DNA of 64,000 bases, from NCBI GenBank assembly GCA_963549315.1, contig CAUUYE010000001.1, positions 54,163 to 118,162 on the forward strand. The letters are read 5' to 3'. The DNA comes from an uncultured Candidatus Saccharibacteria bacterium. GTDB taxonomy: Bacteria > Patescibacteriota > Saccharimonadia > Saccharimonadales > Saccharimonadaceae. Below, one piece after another: positions 10,047 to 20,632 of this stretch. How positions within the stretch are numbered: position 1 is the stretch's first letter; the number at the start of each line of letters is the position of its first letter. The position numbers and the translations under genes were made by a program. The notes beneath the pieces were generated by a model, which saw only the letters and a program-made list of their open reading frames with translations, ran no database searches and was not told the origin of the DNA.

Positions 10047-11282
10047 ATGAAATTAAGTCAATCTTTTATCAAGACCTTCCGCGAAGTAGGGAAGGATGAG
10101 GCCGCAAGAAATGCCCAACTACTAATCCGTGCAGGATTCATCTACAAAGAAATGGCAGGAGTTTATGATTTTCTCCCCTTGGGCTTAATCACATTAAATA
10201 AGATACAAGACATCATTCGAGACGAACTTGATAAAATCGGTTGTCAAGAATTACAAATGACAGCCCTGCAAAACCCTGAACCATGGGTTAAAACTGATCG
10301 TTGGGACGACAATGTAATTGATGTATGGTTCAAAACAAAACTTAACGCTGGTGGTGAACTTGGTCTTGCTCCAACACACGAAGAACCTCTCACAAACTTG
10401 ATGGTCAAATTTATTTCTTCATATAAAGACCTCCCAGTTTATGTTTATCAGTTCCAAACAAAATTTAGAAATGAGCTTCGTGCAAAATCAGGTATTTTAC
10501 GTACACGTGAATTTCTTATGAAAGATCTTTACAGCTTTAGCGCTGACGAAGAAAGTCATAATAAATTCTACGATGAAGTTGATAAAGCCTACATGCGCAT
10601 CTATACAAGATTAGGACTTGGTGATTGTACTTACAAAACTTATGCCTCAGGCGGTGCATTTTCAAAATATAGCCATGAGTATCAGACTATTACTCCAGTC
10701 GGTGAAGATGTGATCTACATGAATAAAGATAAATCCATCGTACTTAACGAAGAAGTGATGAACGATGAAGTCTTAAATGACTTAAAAGCAAAACGTGAAG
10801 ACTTCACACCTGTTGCTGCTGCCGAAGTTGGTAACATCTTTACCCTAAGATATAAGTTCTCAGAACCTATCGGACTAAAATATGATGACCAAAATGGTGA
10901 AAAGAAAACTGTTTTCATGGGAAGCTATGGTATTGGTGTTTCGCGCGTTATGGGCGTAATTGCTGAAAAATTTGCCGATGACAAAGGTCTCGTTTGGCCA
11001 GAAAATATTGCACCTTTCAAATACTATGTTATGGGTATTGGTGAAAAATCTGAAAAAATCGCAAACGATTTGCATCAAGCACACTCCAAAAAGATCCTTC
11101 TTGATGACCGTGATCTAAGACAAGGAGAAAAATTTGTTGATGCAGAACTGATGGGTATACCTTATCGCGTAGTCATCTCAGATAAAACTCTTGAAGATCA
11201 AGCTGTTGAAATTACCGAACGAAAAACTGGCAAATCTAAAGTTGTTTCTATCGAAGAATTCAAAAAAATGTTGAAAAAATAA
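10047..11282 (+). CDS. proS: Proline--tRNA ligase (short form without editing insert)
   Basis: LAPTHEE, SYKDLP..VYQFQTKFRNELR, REFLMKDLYSF, YGIGVSR. Confidence 0.95.
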   Translation: MKLSQSFIKTFREVGKDEAARNAQLLIRAGFIYKEMAGVYDFLPLGLITLNKIQDIIRDELDKIGCQELQMTALQNPEPWVKTDRWDDNVIDVWFKTKLNAGGELGLAPTHEEPLTNLMVKFISSYKDLPVYVYQFQTKFRNELRAKSGILRTREFLMKDLYSFSADEESHNKFYDEVDKAYMRIYTRLGLGDCTYKTYASGGAFSKYSHEYQTITPVGEDVIYMNKDKSIVLNEEVMNDEVLNDLKAKREDFTPVAAAEVGNIFTLRYKFSEPIGLKYDDQNGEKKTVFMGSYGIGVSRVMGVIAEKFADDKGLVWPENIAPFKYYVMGIGEKSEKIANDLHQAHSKKILLDDRDLRQGEKFVDAELMGIPYRVVISDKTLEDQAVEITERKTGKSKVVSIEEFKKMLKK

Positions 11283-11310
11283 TAAATATCAACTTCAAAT
11301 AAGGGAAAAT

Positions 11311-11856
11311 ATGTTTGATCATCTTGAATATCAACAAGCCATGGAAGGCGTCATTGAACGCTTCAAATCAGAAATACAAAAAGTCCGTACTGGTCGTGCC
11401 CATCCAGATATGTTGGCAGGAATCAAAGTTGAAGCCTACGGTCAGTACATGCCACTTAGTCAAGTAGCTAACATCACAGCTGCAGACGCCACCATGCTTC
11501 TAATCACCCCGTTCGACCCATCAACCATCCAAGCCATCGCTGGCGCCATCCGCGCAGATCAGACACTAGGCTTAAACCCAGCTGATGATGGACGCGTAGT
11601 TCGTGTGCCAGTTCCACCACTTACAGAAGAAAGACGTAAAGAAATTGTAAAAACTGCTTCAACAAAAGTTGAAGAAGCCAAGGTTGCTCTACGTAAAGTT
11701 CGTGATGATGCAAGAAAAGAATTAAAAGCAGCAGACGATCTTTCAGAAGACGTCAAAAAGCGTGGTGAAAAAGAAATTGATGATCTCATTAAAAAATTCT
11801 CAAATAAAATTGATGAACTGTTCAAAATCAAAGAATCTGAAATCATGAAAATTTAA
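11311..11856 (+). CDS. frr: Ribosome recycling factor
   Basis: RTGRAHP, PPLTEERRKE. Confidence 0.96.
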   Translation: MFDHLEYQQAMEGVIERFKSEIQKVRTGRAHPDMLAGIKVEAYGQYMPLSQVANITAADATMLLITPFDPSTIQAIAGAIRADQTLGLNPADDGRVVRVPVPPLTEERRKEIVKTASTKVEEAKVALRKVRDDARKELKAADDLSEDVKKRGEKEIDDLIKKFSNKIDELFKIKESEIMKI

Positions 11857-11899
11857 TCAAATTTTCAGATGAAAAACAGAGACATGATATAATCGAAAT

Positions 11900-13366
11900 A
11901 TGACTACACTTAGTGATTACCGAGACGAACGATTACGTAAACTATCCGAGATTAAAGCACTTGGTATTGATCCATATCCTGCCCATTCGGACCGTAACAC
12001 TAAAATCTCCGAAATTCTAAACGATTTTAAAGACTTTGATCAAAAGGAAGTAGTTATTGCTGGTCGTATCACTGCAATTCGTAGTTTTGGTAAACTCGCT
12101 TTTGTTAAAGTTCGTGATTATTTTGGTGAAATTCAACTCTTCATGAAGCAATCTGAAGAGATACCTCAAGGATACTTCTCAGTAAAAAATCTTAAGCTCT
12201 TAGATTTAGGTGATTTTATTGAAGCAAGAGGCTTAGTTGGTAAATCGCAAACTAGTGAAGTATCCGTTTTCACTAATTCAGTTCGTCTTTTATCAAAGTC
12301 ACTTCGTCCGCTCCCAGGGCGTGATGGTTTTACTAACAAAGAAGAACGTTATCGTCGACGCTATGTAGACATGAACGTCAACCCTGAAGTGAGAGAACGA
12401 TTAGTCCGTCGTAGTATTTTTTGGCAGGCTACCCGTGATTTTATGAATAAACATGGTTTTATTGAAATCAATACTCCGATCCTTGAACACACCACTGGCG
12501 GAGCTGATGCTGCACCTTTCGTTACCCATATGGATGCCTTGGATGAAGATTTTTATCTCCGAATCTCTCAGGAATTGCCGCTCAAACGATTGCTCGGTGC
12601 AGGATTTGAAAAGGTTTATGATATCGGACCACGTTTTCGCAATGAAGGCGTTGATGATGAACATCTCCCAGAACACATTGCCTTTGAAGCTTACGCAGCT
12701 TTTGAGGATTATCAAGATGGCATGAAGTTCTATGAGTCCATGATTAAATATGTTGCACAAAAAACATGGGGAACCCTTCATTTTAACGTCAACGGTTTTA
12801 CAATTAACCTTGATCAAGAATGGCCCCGCATCAAATATGCCGATATTATTCAACAGAATTTTGGAATTGATGTCTTTCATCCCGATCGTACAAAAATTAT
12901 TAAAATCTTAAAATCTCACAATGTAGAGGTTAAAGAACACCAAGCTGATTCTCGCCTGATCGATAATTTATGGAAAATCATTCGTAAGCAGTCTGGCGGA
13001 CCATTCTGGCTAATCGAAGAACCCCTTAGCCTTTCTCCACTTGCAAAAATTTCGCCTCAAAATCCATTAGTCACCGAACGTTTTCATCCTATTATCGCTG
13101 GTACGGAAATGGGGAACGGATACTCTGAGCTAAATGATCCAAAAGACCAACTTCAACGTTTTGTAGAGCAGCAATCCATGCGTGACCAAGGGGATAATGA
13201 GGCACAAATGCTAGACATGGATTATGTTGAAATGCTTGAATATGGCATGCCACCAGCCTGCGGGTGGGGAAATTCCGAACGTAATTTTTGGTTGCTAGAA
13301 GGAGTCTCTGGCCGCGAGGCCGTACCATTCCCGATCATCAAACGCAAAACTGAAACAATAAGTTAA
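11900..13366 (+). CDS. lysS: Lysine--tRNA ligase (class II)
   Basis: OB fold, GGADAAPF.TH, YLRISQEL, FRNEG, YSELNDP, LEYGMPP. Confidence 0.96.
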   Translation: MTTLSDYRDERLRKLSEIKALGIDPYPAHSDRNTKISEILNDFKDFDQKEVVIAGRITAIRSFGKLAFVKVRDYFGEIQLFMKQSEEIPQGYFSVKNLKLLDLGDFIEARGLVGKSQTSEVSVFTNSVRLLSKSLRPLPGRDGFTNKEERYRRRYVDMNVNPEVRERLVRRSIFWQATRDFMNKHGFIEINTPILEHTTGGADAAPFVTHMDALDEDFYLRISQELPLKRLLGAGFEKVYDIGPRFRNEGVDDEHLPEHIAFEAYAAFEDYQDGMKFYESMIKYVAQKTWGTLHFNVNGFTINLDQEWPRIKYADIIQQNFGIDVFHPDRTKIIKILKSHNVEVKEHQADSRLIDNLWKIIRKQSGGPFWLIEEPLSLSPLAKISPQNPLVTERFHPIIAGTEMGNGYSELNDPKDQLQRFVEQQSMRDQGDNEAQMLDMDYVEMLEYGMPPACGWGNSERNFWLLEGVSGREAVPFPIIKRKTETIS

Positions 13367-13388
13367 AATTAAGGAGAAAAGAGGCAAT

Positions 13389-14633
13389 ATGTTAGACATA
13401 AATTTTATCAGAGCAAATCGTGATCTAGTCCAACATTCAATCACTGAAAAAATGTATAAAAATATTGATCTTGACAAGTTAATTGCACTTGATGATCAAC
13501 GTAAAGCAACTATAAAAGAAGTCGAATCTTTACGTAAAGAACGTAATCAAAATACTGATAGTATGAAAGGTAAAAAACCAAGCCAAGAGCAGGTTGCAAG
13601 AGGTAAAGAACTTAAAGAAAAAATCACAGTACTTGAAACAAAATTAGCCAAAGAAGAATCAGAATTTAAAAATCTCTTAAAAGCTATTCCAAATATTATT
13701 TTCGACGATGTCCCTCTTGGCGACGAAAGTGCCAGTGTTGAGGTAAAACAATGGGGCGGACAGAAACAAGAAGGCGTTGATCATCTTGATTATGCTATCT
13801 CTCGTGATTGGGTCGATTTTGAGCGTGGCGCAAAAGTAGCAGGAGCAAAATTTTACTATGTAAAAGGCGGCTTGGCTCTTCTCGAAAATGCCTTAATTCA
13901 ATTTGGCATCAAAAAAGTCATCGAACACGGTTTTACACTGATGGACGTACCTGACATGGTCAATTCACGAGTACTTGAAGGCACCGGTTTTGCTCCAAGA
14001 AGTTCAGAACAAAGCGATGAATACTACATTGAGGGTGAAGATCTCGCAATGATTGCGACCGCCGAAATGCCGATCACCGGTTATCACATGGACGAAATTA
14101 TTGATGAAGATAAATTACCTCTTTTCTATGCAGGTTTTTCCGCCTGTTTCCGTAAGGAGGCAGGTGCCTATGGTAAACATACAAGAGGACTTTTCCGCGT
14201 TCATCAATTTAATAAACTAGAAATGTATTCCTTCTGCTTACCAGAACAAAGTAAGGATATCCACGAAAAAATCCGTGGTATAGAAGAGGAGATCTGGCAA
14301 GAAATTGGTATACCATACCATGTAATCAATATTGCCGCAGGCGACCTTGGCGCTCCTGCAGCCAAAAAATATGATATCGAATACTGGTCCCCAGTTGATC
14401 AGAAATATCGTGAATTAACTAGTTGCTCAAACTGTACAGATTTTCAAGCCAAAGGTCTCAACATCAGGGTCCGACGCAAAGACGGAACCATCGAGACCCT
14501 TCATACGTTAAACGGTACTGCTATTTCACTGGCTCGTACTATGGTTGCCGTTATTGAAAATTTTGCCAAGAAAGATGGTAAGCTAAAAGTTCCCGCCGTC
14601 CTCCAGCCATTTCTAGGAGTAGAAGAACTATAA
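13389..14633 (+). CDS. serS: Serine--tRNA ligase
   Basis: TAE, FRKEAG, GLFRVHQFNKLE, ELTSCSNCTDFQ, HTLNGT. Confidence 0.97.
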   Translation: MLDINFIRANRDLVQHSITEKMYKNIDLDKLIALDDQRKATIKEVESLRKERNQNTDSMKGKKPSQEQVARGKELKEKITVLETKLAKEESEFKNLLKAIPNIIFDDVPLGDESASVEVKQWGGQKQEGVDHLDYAISRDWVDFERGAKVAGAKFYYVKGGLALLENALIQFGIKKVIEHGFTLMDVPDMVNSRVLEGTGFAPRSSEQSDEYYIEGEDLAMIATAEMPITGYHMDEIIDEDKLPLFYAGFSACFRKEAGAYGKHTRGLFRVHQFNKLEMYSFCLPEQSKDIHEKIRGIEEEIWQEIGIPYHVINIAAGDLGAPAAKKYDIEYWSPVDQKYRELTSCSNCTDFQAKGLNIRVRRKDGTIETLHTLNGTAISLARTMVAVIENFAKKDGKLKVPAVLQPFLGVEEL

Positions 14634-14676
14634 TTATTATCATATTGTTGTGTTAAAATAGGCATAAGGAGAATTT

Positions 14677-15039
14677 ATGATCGAAAAAATTGATATAAGT
14701 GGCAGTAATTACAAGGTCGAAGAAAGTTTCCAAAAATATGCAACCAAACGAATTGGCAAATTAGACCGTTATCTACCTCGTGGTAATAAAAAGGACGTTG
14801 TAGCGAAAGTTGTTGTAACAGAAGTTAATCGTTCTCACGGCAACAAATATGAAATTTCAGTTGCGATGGAAATCCCAGGTGGTAAAGTTATTGCAGCTAA
14901 GGATGAATGCTCAAATGTCTTTGCTGGTATTGATATTTTAGAGGCAAAACTAACGGGACAAATTCGTCGATATAAAATCGAGACAACCCCACATTTACGT
15001 AAAAACCCTCTCCTACGTCTTTTCCGACGTGAAAAATAA
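14677..15039 (+). CDS. hpf: Ribosome hibernation factor (HPF/RaiA, short)
   Basis: S30AE-like pattern (YATKRIGKLDRY...FAGID..EAKL..QIRRYK); upstream of secA. Confidence 0.88.
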   Translation: MIEKIDISGSNYKVEESFQKYATKRIGKLDRYLPRGNKKDVVAKVVVTEVNRSHGNKYEISVAMEIPGGKVIAAKDECSNVFAGIDILEAKLTGQIRRYKIETTPHLRKNPLLRLFRREK

Positions 15040-15062
15040 TTAAAAAGTTTTTAAAACTAACA

Positions 15063-15096
15063 AAAAACTGCATGAATCACATTTCATGCAGTTTTT
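15063..15096 (+). terminator. Terminator after hpf
   Basis: AAAAACTGCATGAA...TTCATGCAGTTTTT. Confidence 0.8.
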
Positions 15097-15150
15097 ATGA
15101 TAAAATACACCTATAAAATATTATCCTGTTTTTGGAGGTTTTGACCGACT

Positions 15151-17943
15151 ATGTCGAAAAAAGTAAAAAAAGAAAAAAAGCCAACTGACAAATTGGCAGA
15201 TAAAACTCTCACCACACGTATATTACAAGGTGTTTTTGGCGATCCCGCAAAACGCAATCTCAAACGTATGGAAAAAATCGTACAGATTATCAATAAATTA
15301 GAGCCAAAATACAAAAAGATGTCTGATACCGAATTAAAAGACCAGACCAATCTCCTCAAAGAACGTTTAATTAATCTCCGAAAAAAAGCTGACGCCAAAA
15401 TTGCACTTAAAAAGCAAGCTGTCAAAAATAGTAAAAACCTAAAAAATCCCAAAGCTCCTAAAGTTAAAATTACCGACACTGCAAAAGAAGAAGATAAAAT
15501 TCTTGACCAACTCCTCCCTGAAGCTTTCGCACTCGTCCGTGAATCAACATTTCGTATTTTAGGTATGCGGCATTTTGACGTTCAGCTTATTGGTGGTATT
15601 GCTTTACACGAAGGCAATGTTGCCGAAATGAAAACAGGTGAAGGAAAAACACTTGTCGCTTTGCTTCCTGCCTATCTCAACGCTCTAACCGAGAGAGGAG
15701 TACACATTGTCACAGTCAACGATTATCTCGCCCAGCGCGACGCAGGTTGGAATGCTCCAGTTCTACATTTTCTAGGTCTCAGTGTTGGGGTAATCATAGC
15801 CGACGCAAGTTACATTTATGATCCAGACTATTTGAATGAAGAACATTCAGATGAGCGTATGCAACACCTAAAACCTTGTACAAGAAAGCAAGCCTACCTT
15901 GCAGATATTACTTACGGCACTAATAATGAATTTGGCTTCGATTATCTACGGGATAATATGGTCAACGAAGTAGACTTTCTCAGACAACGGGAGCTAAATT
16001 TTGCCATCGTTGATGAAGTCGACTCAATCCTAATTGATGAAGCACGGACGCCGCTTATCATTTCTGCTCCTGCTGGAGATAATCCAGATTCCTACTACCA
16101 ATTTGCCAAAATTGTTGCAAAACTTGATCAATCAGATTATGTGCTTGACGAAAAACATAAATCGGTTACTCTTACAGACCAAGGAATCGATAAAGTTCAA
16201 CGTCTGCTTGGTATTGACAATCTTTATTCTGCAGAAAATTCTCGCCTAGTTTATCATTTAGATCAAGCACTTCGAGCACAAGTTGTTTTTATCCGTGATC
16301 GTGATTACGTTGTGACCAATTCTGGAGAAGTGATTATTGTCGATGAACATACAGGACGTCTCATGCACGGACGCCGTTATAGCGAAGGTCTCCACCAAGC
16401 CATTGAGGCAAAAGAAGGTGTAGCTGTCAAAGAAGAGTCAATGACCCTAGCTACTATTTCATTCCAAAATTTCTTCCGTCTCTATCGTAAACTTTCTGGC
16501 ATGACAGGTACAGCTTTTACAGAAGCTGAAGAATTCCAACAAATCTATGCTCTTGACGTTATTCAAATCCCACCAAATCGTCCAATCATCCGTATAGATA
16601 AGGATGACCTCATCTTCCGTACTGAAGCTGGTAAGTTACGTGCCATCGTCCGTGCTGTTAAGGAATATCACGAGAAAGGACAACCAATACTTGTTGGGTC
16701 TGCCAGCATCGTCAAAAATGAATTAATTGCTAAGTATCTCGATGAAGCAAATCTCCCATATGAGATTCTTAATGCCAAGAACAACGAACGTGAAGCCGCA
16801 ATTATTGCCAAAGCCGGAGAAAAAGGCGCTATCACCCTTGCTACCAACATGGCAGGGCGTGGTACTGATATTAAATTATCTGAAGAAGTCAAACAACTAG
16901 GCGGATTAGTCGTGATTGGCTCAGAGCGACATGACTCTAGACGTGTTGATAATCAGCTAAGAGGACGTGGTGGTCGTCAAGGTGATCCAGGAATTACTCA
17001 GTTCTTTGTATCTTGCGAGGATGATTTGATGCGTATTTTTCAAGGCACCCAGCTCAGTAATATCTTAAAATATGTCGGTCTTGACGAAGACACTCCTATC
17101 CAAAATCGCATAGTCACCAAGAATCTAGAATCTGCACAAAGACGTATTGAAGGTTTTAACTTCGATTCACGTAAAAACGTTGTACAATATGATAATGTCA
17201 TAAATCGACACCGTCGAGTCGTCTATCTAATGCGACGTAAAATCCTTGAAGGCGAAAATATCTCTCAAGAGATCAAACGATTGATTAAAGAAGCCACTGA
17301 AGATCTTACTATCGAAAGTTCTCGTGTTAATAAAAAATTTAAACAAAATTTTCTTCAAGTCTTCAACATCGATTCCGATCTAGTGGATTCGATCGGTCTT
17401 ATGCGAAAACCAGCAGAGCGAGCCAAATTAGCATTAACAGCCGTAAATGAAGCTTATTCTTCTCAAGAATTGGAATTCGGTCCAGAAGTTATGCGACGAA
17501 TCGAACGTGAAGTTTACTTAAAGGTACTAGATGCTCTTTGGATGCAGCATCTTGAAAATATGCAACATCTACGTGAAGGTATACATTGGCGTTCCATCGG
17601 ACAGAGAGATCCATTGGTTGAATATCGAACCGAGTCACAAAAACTCTTTGAAGGATTGCAAAAAAATCTTCGCGAAGAAGTTCTCAAAATTCTTCTTGGT
17701 ATCACCAAACAAGAAGCCTACGGCACTAACGTAGTTGATGGGGAAGAATACGATACAGAATTAACCCAAATGGCAGAAACTGCTACTAATAAGGGCGTAA
17801 ACGATATTGAGTCTGGAGTTAAAAATCTTGATCACGAATTTAAGTCTAATAAGACAAATTCCACGAGCCTTAATCGAGAACGTAATACTGCTCGGAAAAA
17901 TAAAAAGAAACAACGCCAAAATAAAAAGCATAAAAAGCACTAA
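15151..17943 (+). CDS. secA: Preprotein translocase ATPase SecA
   Basis: EMKTGEGKT, VDEVDSILIDEARTPLIIS, TNMAGRGTDI, QLRGRGGRQGDPG; basic tail in place of the Zn finger. Confidence 0.97.
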   Translation: MSKKVKKEKKPTDKLADKTLTTRILQGVFGDPAKRNLKRMEKIVQIINKLEPKYKKMSDTELKDQTNLLKERLINLRKKADAKIALKKQAVKNSKNLKNPKAPKVKITDTAKEEDKILDQLLPEAFALVRESTFRILGMRHFDVQLIGGIALHEGNVAEMKTGEGKTLVALLPAYLNALTERGVHIVTVNDYLAQRDAGWNAPVLHFLGLSVGVIIADASYIYDPDYLNEEHSDERMQHLKPCTRKQAYLADITYGTNNEFGFDYLRDNMVNEVDFLRQRELNFAIVDEVDSILIDEARTPLIISAPAGDNPDSYYQFAKIVAKLDQSDYVLDEKHKSVTLTDQGIDKVQRLLGIDNLYSAENSRLVYHLDQALRAQVVFIRDRDYVVTNSGEVIIVDEHTGRLMHGRRYSEGLHQAIEAKEGVAVKEESMTLATISFQNFFRLYRKLSGMTGTAFTEAEEFQQIYALDVIQIPPNRPIIRIDKDDLIFRTEAGKLRAIVRAVKEYHEKGQPILVGSASIVKNELIAKYLDEANLPYEILNAKNNEREAAIIAKAGEKGAITLATNMAGRGTDIKLSEEVKQLGGLVVIGSERHDSRRVDNQLRGRGGRQGDPGITQFFVSCEDDLMRIFQGTQLSNILKYVGLDEDTPIQNRIVTKNLESAQRRIEGFNFDSRKNVVQYDNVINRHRRVVYLMRRKILEGENISQEIKRLIKEATEDLTIESSRVNKKFKQNFLQVFNIDSDLVDSIGLMRKPAERAKLALTAVNEAYSSQELEFGPEVMRRIEREVYLKVLDALWMQHLENMQHLREGIHWRSIGQRDPLVEYRTESQKLFEGLQKNLREEVLKILLGITKQEAYGTNVVDGEEYDTELTQMAETATNKGVNDIESGVKNLDHEFKSNKTNSTSLNRERNTARKNKKKQRQNKKHKKH

Positions 17944-17945
17944 TT

Positions 17946-19217
17946 ATGAAGCATTTTGTTGAAAAAATCGAGCTAAAAAACGGCGCGAAAGGATTGCTAA
18001 TTGACGTCCCAGGGGCTTCTGTGATGAATATTAAAGTTCAATTTCGTGGTGGTATGCGCTTTGCAAAATCCCCAGAATTATATGAAATTGCACATGTAGT
18101 TGAACATCTAAGTTTTGGAGCCAACTCAGTTTTTCCTGATGAGCAAGCTTATGAAGCAGATTTTACTAAAAATGGCGCCTATCACAATGCATGGACTTCT
18201 GACTACTCCGTTTGCTATGAAGCCGAATGCGCCGATTTTGAATGGGAGAGAATCCTCAACCTAGAACGTATCGCTATCACTTCACCGATGTTTAATGAAG
18301 AAGAACTAAAAAGCGAAAAGGGAAATGTAAGAGCTGAACTCACCGGCTACATGAACGATTACGCGAGACTACTTTGGCCAAGATTACAAAAAGCAATCGG
18401 AGAAGAAATCCCTAGTATCAAGGAACGTCTCGCCACTATTAATAATATTAATCTAAAAGATATCCGTGAACACTATCGACGCACCCACACTGCAAAAAAC
18501 ATGCGCTTTATTATTGCCGGACAAATCAAGCATCGTAAAAAAGAAATTCTAAAAAATCTCGAAAGCTGGGAACTTAAAGAAGGGAAACGCTTTGAAATTC
18601 CCAAAGATAAGTTGCATTCTTCGCCCGCTGTTTTAGTTAAACGTAAAGACGCTAGCAATATTACCTTTGGTTTTTCAATGGTAACTCCAAGACGATTATC
18701 TATTCAAGAAACACAAGCTATGGGAGCATTGAATCATATCTTAAATGGCACAATGAGTAGTCGAATATTTGGTCAAGCTAGAAAACGGGGTCTTGTGTAT
18801 GGTATGGGTAGCGGAATTAATAGCAGCAAGCACTATTCATCTTGGGATTTTGACGGTGAAGTTAATCTTGAGACCGCCGACGAATTATTTTCATTAATCC
18901 AAATTGAAATGATAAAAGCCTTAAATGGTGAAATTTCAGATGAAGAAATCGAAGCAGTAAAAACCTATGCTCAAGGACGTTATCAAATGGGAGCTCAAAC
19001 CGTCAGTCAAATCTCTGACTATTACACTGATGACTATTTTATGGCCGAAAAAGTCGAATTATATGATGATTTTCCTCAAGTAATCAAAGAAATCAATAAG
19101 CCATCCATCGTCGAATTAGCGCGAGAATTTGCTGGTTCAGGGATTCATGCCTTTGTGGCCGTTGGCTCCGTTGAAAAAGCTATCATCAACCAACTAGCTG
19201 AATCATTAAATTTTTAA
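17946..19217 (+). CDS. M16 (pitrilysin-family) zinc peptidase
   Basis: HVVEH (HxxEH), NAWT, SSRIF..AR.RGLVY. Confidence 0.88.
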   Translation: MKHFVEKIELKNGAKGLLIDVPGASVMNIKVQFRGGMRFAKSPELYEIAHVVEHLSFGANSVFPDEQAYEADFTKNGAYHNAWTSDYSVCYEAECADFEWERILNLERIAITSPMFNEEELKSEKGNVRAELTGYMNDYARLLWPRLQKAIGEEIPSIKERLATINNINLKDIREHYRRTHTAKNMRFIIAGQIKHRKKEILKNLESWELKEGKRFEIPKDKLHSSPAVLVKRKDASNITFGFSMVTPRRLSIQETQAMGALNHILNGTMSSRIFGQARKRGLVYGMGSGINSSKHYSSWDFDGEVNLETADELFSLIQIEMIKALNGEISDEEIEAVKTYAQGRYQMGAQTVSQISDYYTDDYFMAEKVELYDDFPQVIKEINKPSIVELAREFAGSGIHAFVAVGSVEKAIINQLAESLNF

Positions 19218-19251
19218 TTAATTATATAAAAATTAAGAGTATAATACTCTT

Positions 19252-20616
19252 ATGAAGATCGCAATCTTAGGTCATGGTGTCGAAGGTAACGCCGTTGAAA
19301 CTTATTTTAAAAAGCATCAACCAGGCAGCCAGCCAAATCAATTTACTTTTTTTGATCATTTTACAGATTCAGATATCCCAAGTTTTCAACTTGAAAAATA
19401 TGATCTAGTTTTTCGTAGTCCTTCAGTCCGACCACAAGCTATCTTAGATCCCAAATATCGCGGAAAATCAACCAACTGGACTTCTATTACAAATTATTTC
19501 TTTGAACATTGTAAGGTCCCAATTATTGGCGTAACTGGGACAAAAGGAAAAGGTACTACTTGTTCCATAATTACAAACATTCTTCGTCAATTTCCTGATC
19601 ATTTTCGTAAAATACATTTGCTAGGAAACATTGGTACTCCAGCCATTCTCGAATTAGATGATATCAAAGAGAATGATTTAGTAGTTTACGAAATGAGTAG
19701 CTTTCAGTGCTGGGATCTCAAACTATCACCACATATTTCTGTGATTTTACGTATCGAGCCAGACCATCTTGATCGCCACCTCGATTTTAATGATTACATT
19801 TCAGCTAAAGCTAACATTATTCTTCATCAAACGTCTAATGATTACTGTATTTACTATATGAATAATCCCATCAGTAAAAAAATTGGACAAAAGTCACTAG
19901 GGAAAAAATCTACCTACCCCATTTGTTCATATCAAACCGAACTAAAACAATTACTTGACCATCTAACTATTCCAGGCGAACACAACCGCGAAAATGCTGA
20001 AGCTGCGATTTTAGCTGTACTTGATATTCTTCAACTTAAATTATCTGATCTTTTTAGCCAAGATAATCAAGATTTATACCAAAAAATAGAACGCGGACTA
20101 ACAACCTTTGTTGGCTTGCCTCACCGTATCCAATTCGTAAGAGAATTGAATCAAGTCCGTTACTATGACGATAATTATTCTTCCGCCTTCCCAGCAACCG
20201 ACGTTGCAATAAAATCTTTTGATGATTATCCTACAGTCCTAATTGCCGGAGGTAAAGATCGTCATCTTGACTTAACCGCAATGAAAAAACGTTTATTTTC
20301 TGCAAAAAATTTAAAGAAAATTATTCTCATTGGTGAAACTCGCTTTATTTTATCTGATGGAGAAGATCCAGAAAAATATATCCTTTGTGAGACCCTAACT
20401 GAAGCAGTAAACGCTGCTCGTCAATACGCAGAAGATTATGCTGCTAAGCTTGAAGCTAATTTCGATCTTTGTATTCCCTCAACTAAAGAGCAACGAACTA
20501 ACCACAAAGCAAAGCCAGTAATTGTTCTTATGAGTCCAGGTGCAGCCAGTTTTGATATGTTTGAAAATTTCAACGATCGAGGTAATCAATTTCAGCAAAT
20601 TGTAAATGCTTTTTGA
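19252..20616 (+). CDS. murD: UDP-MurNAc-L-Ala--glutamate ligase (MurD, probably L-Glu-using MurD2)
   Basis: GVTGTKGKGTT, GNIG, EMSSFQ, PDHLDRH, GLPHR, SPGAASFDMF..F.DRG. Confidence 0.92.
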   Translation: MKIAILGHGVEGNAVETYFKKHQPGSQPNQFTFFDHFTDSDIPSFQLEKYDLVFRSPSVRPQAILDPKYRGKSTNWTSITNYFFEHCKVPIIGVTGTKGKGTTCSIITNILRQFPDHFRKIHLLGNIGTPAILELDDIKENDLVVYEMSSFQCWDLKLSPHISVILRIEPDHLDRHLDFNDYISAKANIILHQTSNDYCIYYMNNPISKKIGQKSLGKKSTYPICSYQTELKQLLDHLTIPGEHNRENAEAAILAVLDILQLKLSDLFSQDNQDLYQKIERGLTTFVGLPHRIQFVRELNQVRYYDDNYSSAFPATDVAIKSFDDYPTVLIAGGKDRHLDLTAMKKRLFSAKNLKKIILIGETRFILSDGEDPEKYILCETLTEAVNAARQYAEDYAAKLEANFDLCIPSTKEQRTNHKAKPVIVLMSPGAASFDMFENFNDRGNQFQQIVNAF

Positions 20617-20632
20617 TGGTAAAATATCTATA

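Noticed and set aside
12401..12880. 159-aa antisense ORF in lysS, and similar shadow ORFs in rpmE, frr, secA, ftsX, the truD-like and PreA-like genes
   Set aside because: Antisense or off-frame shadows of well-supported genes with no motifs or RBS.
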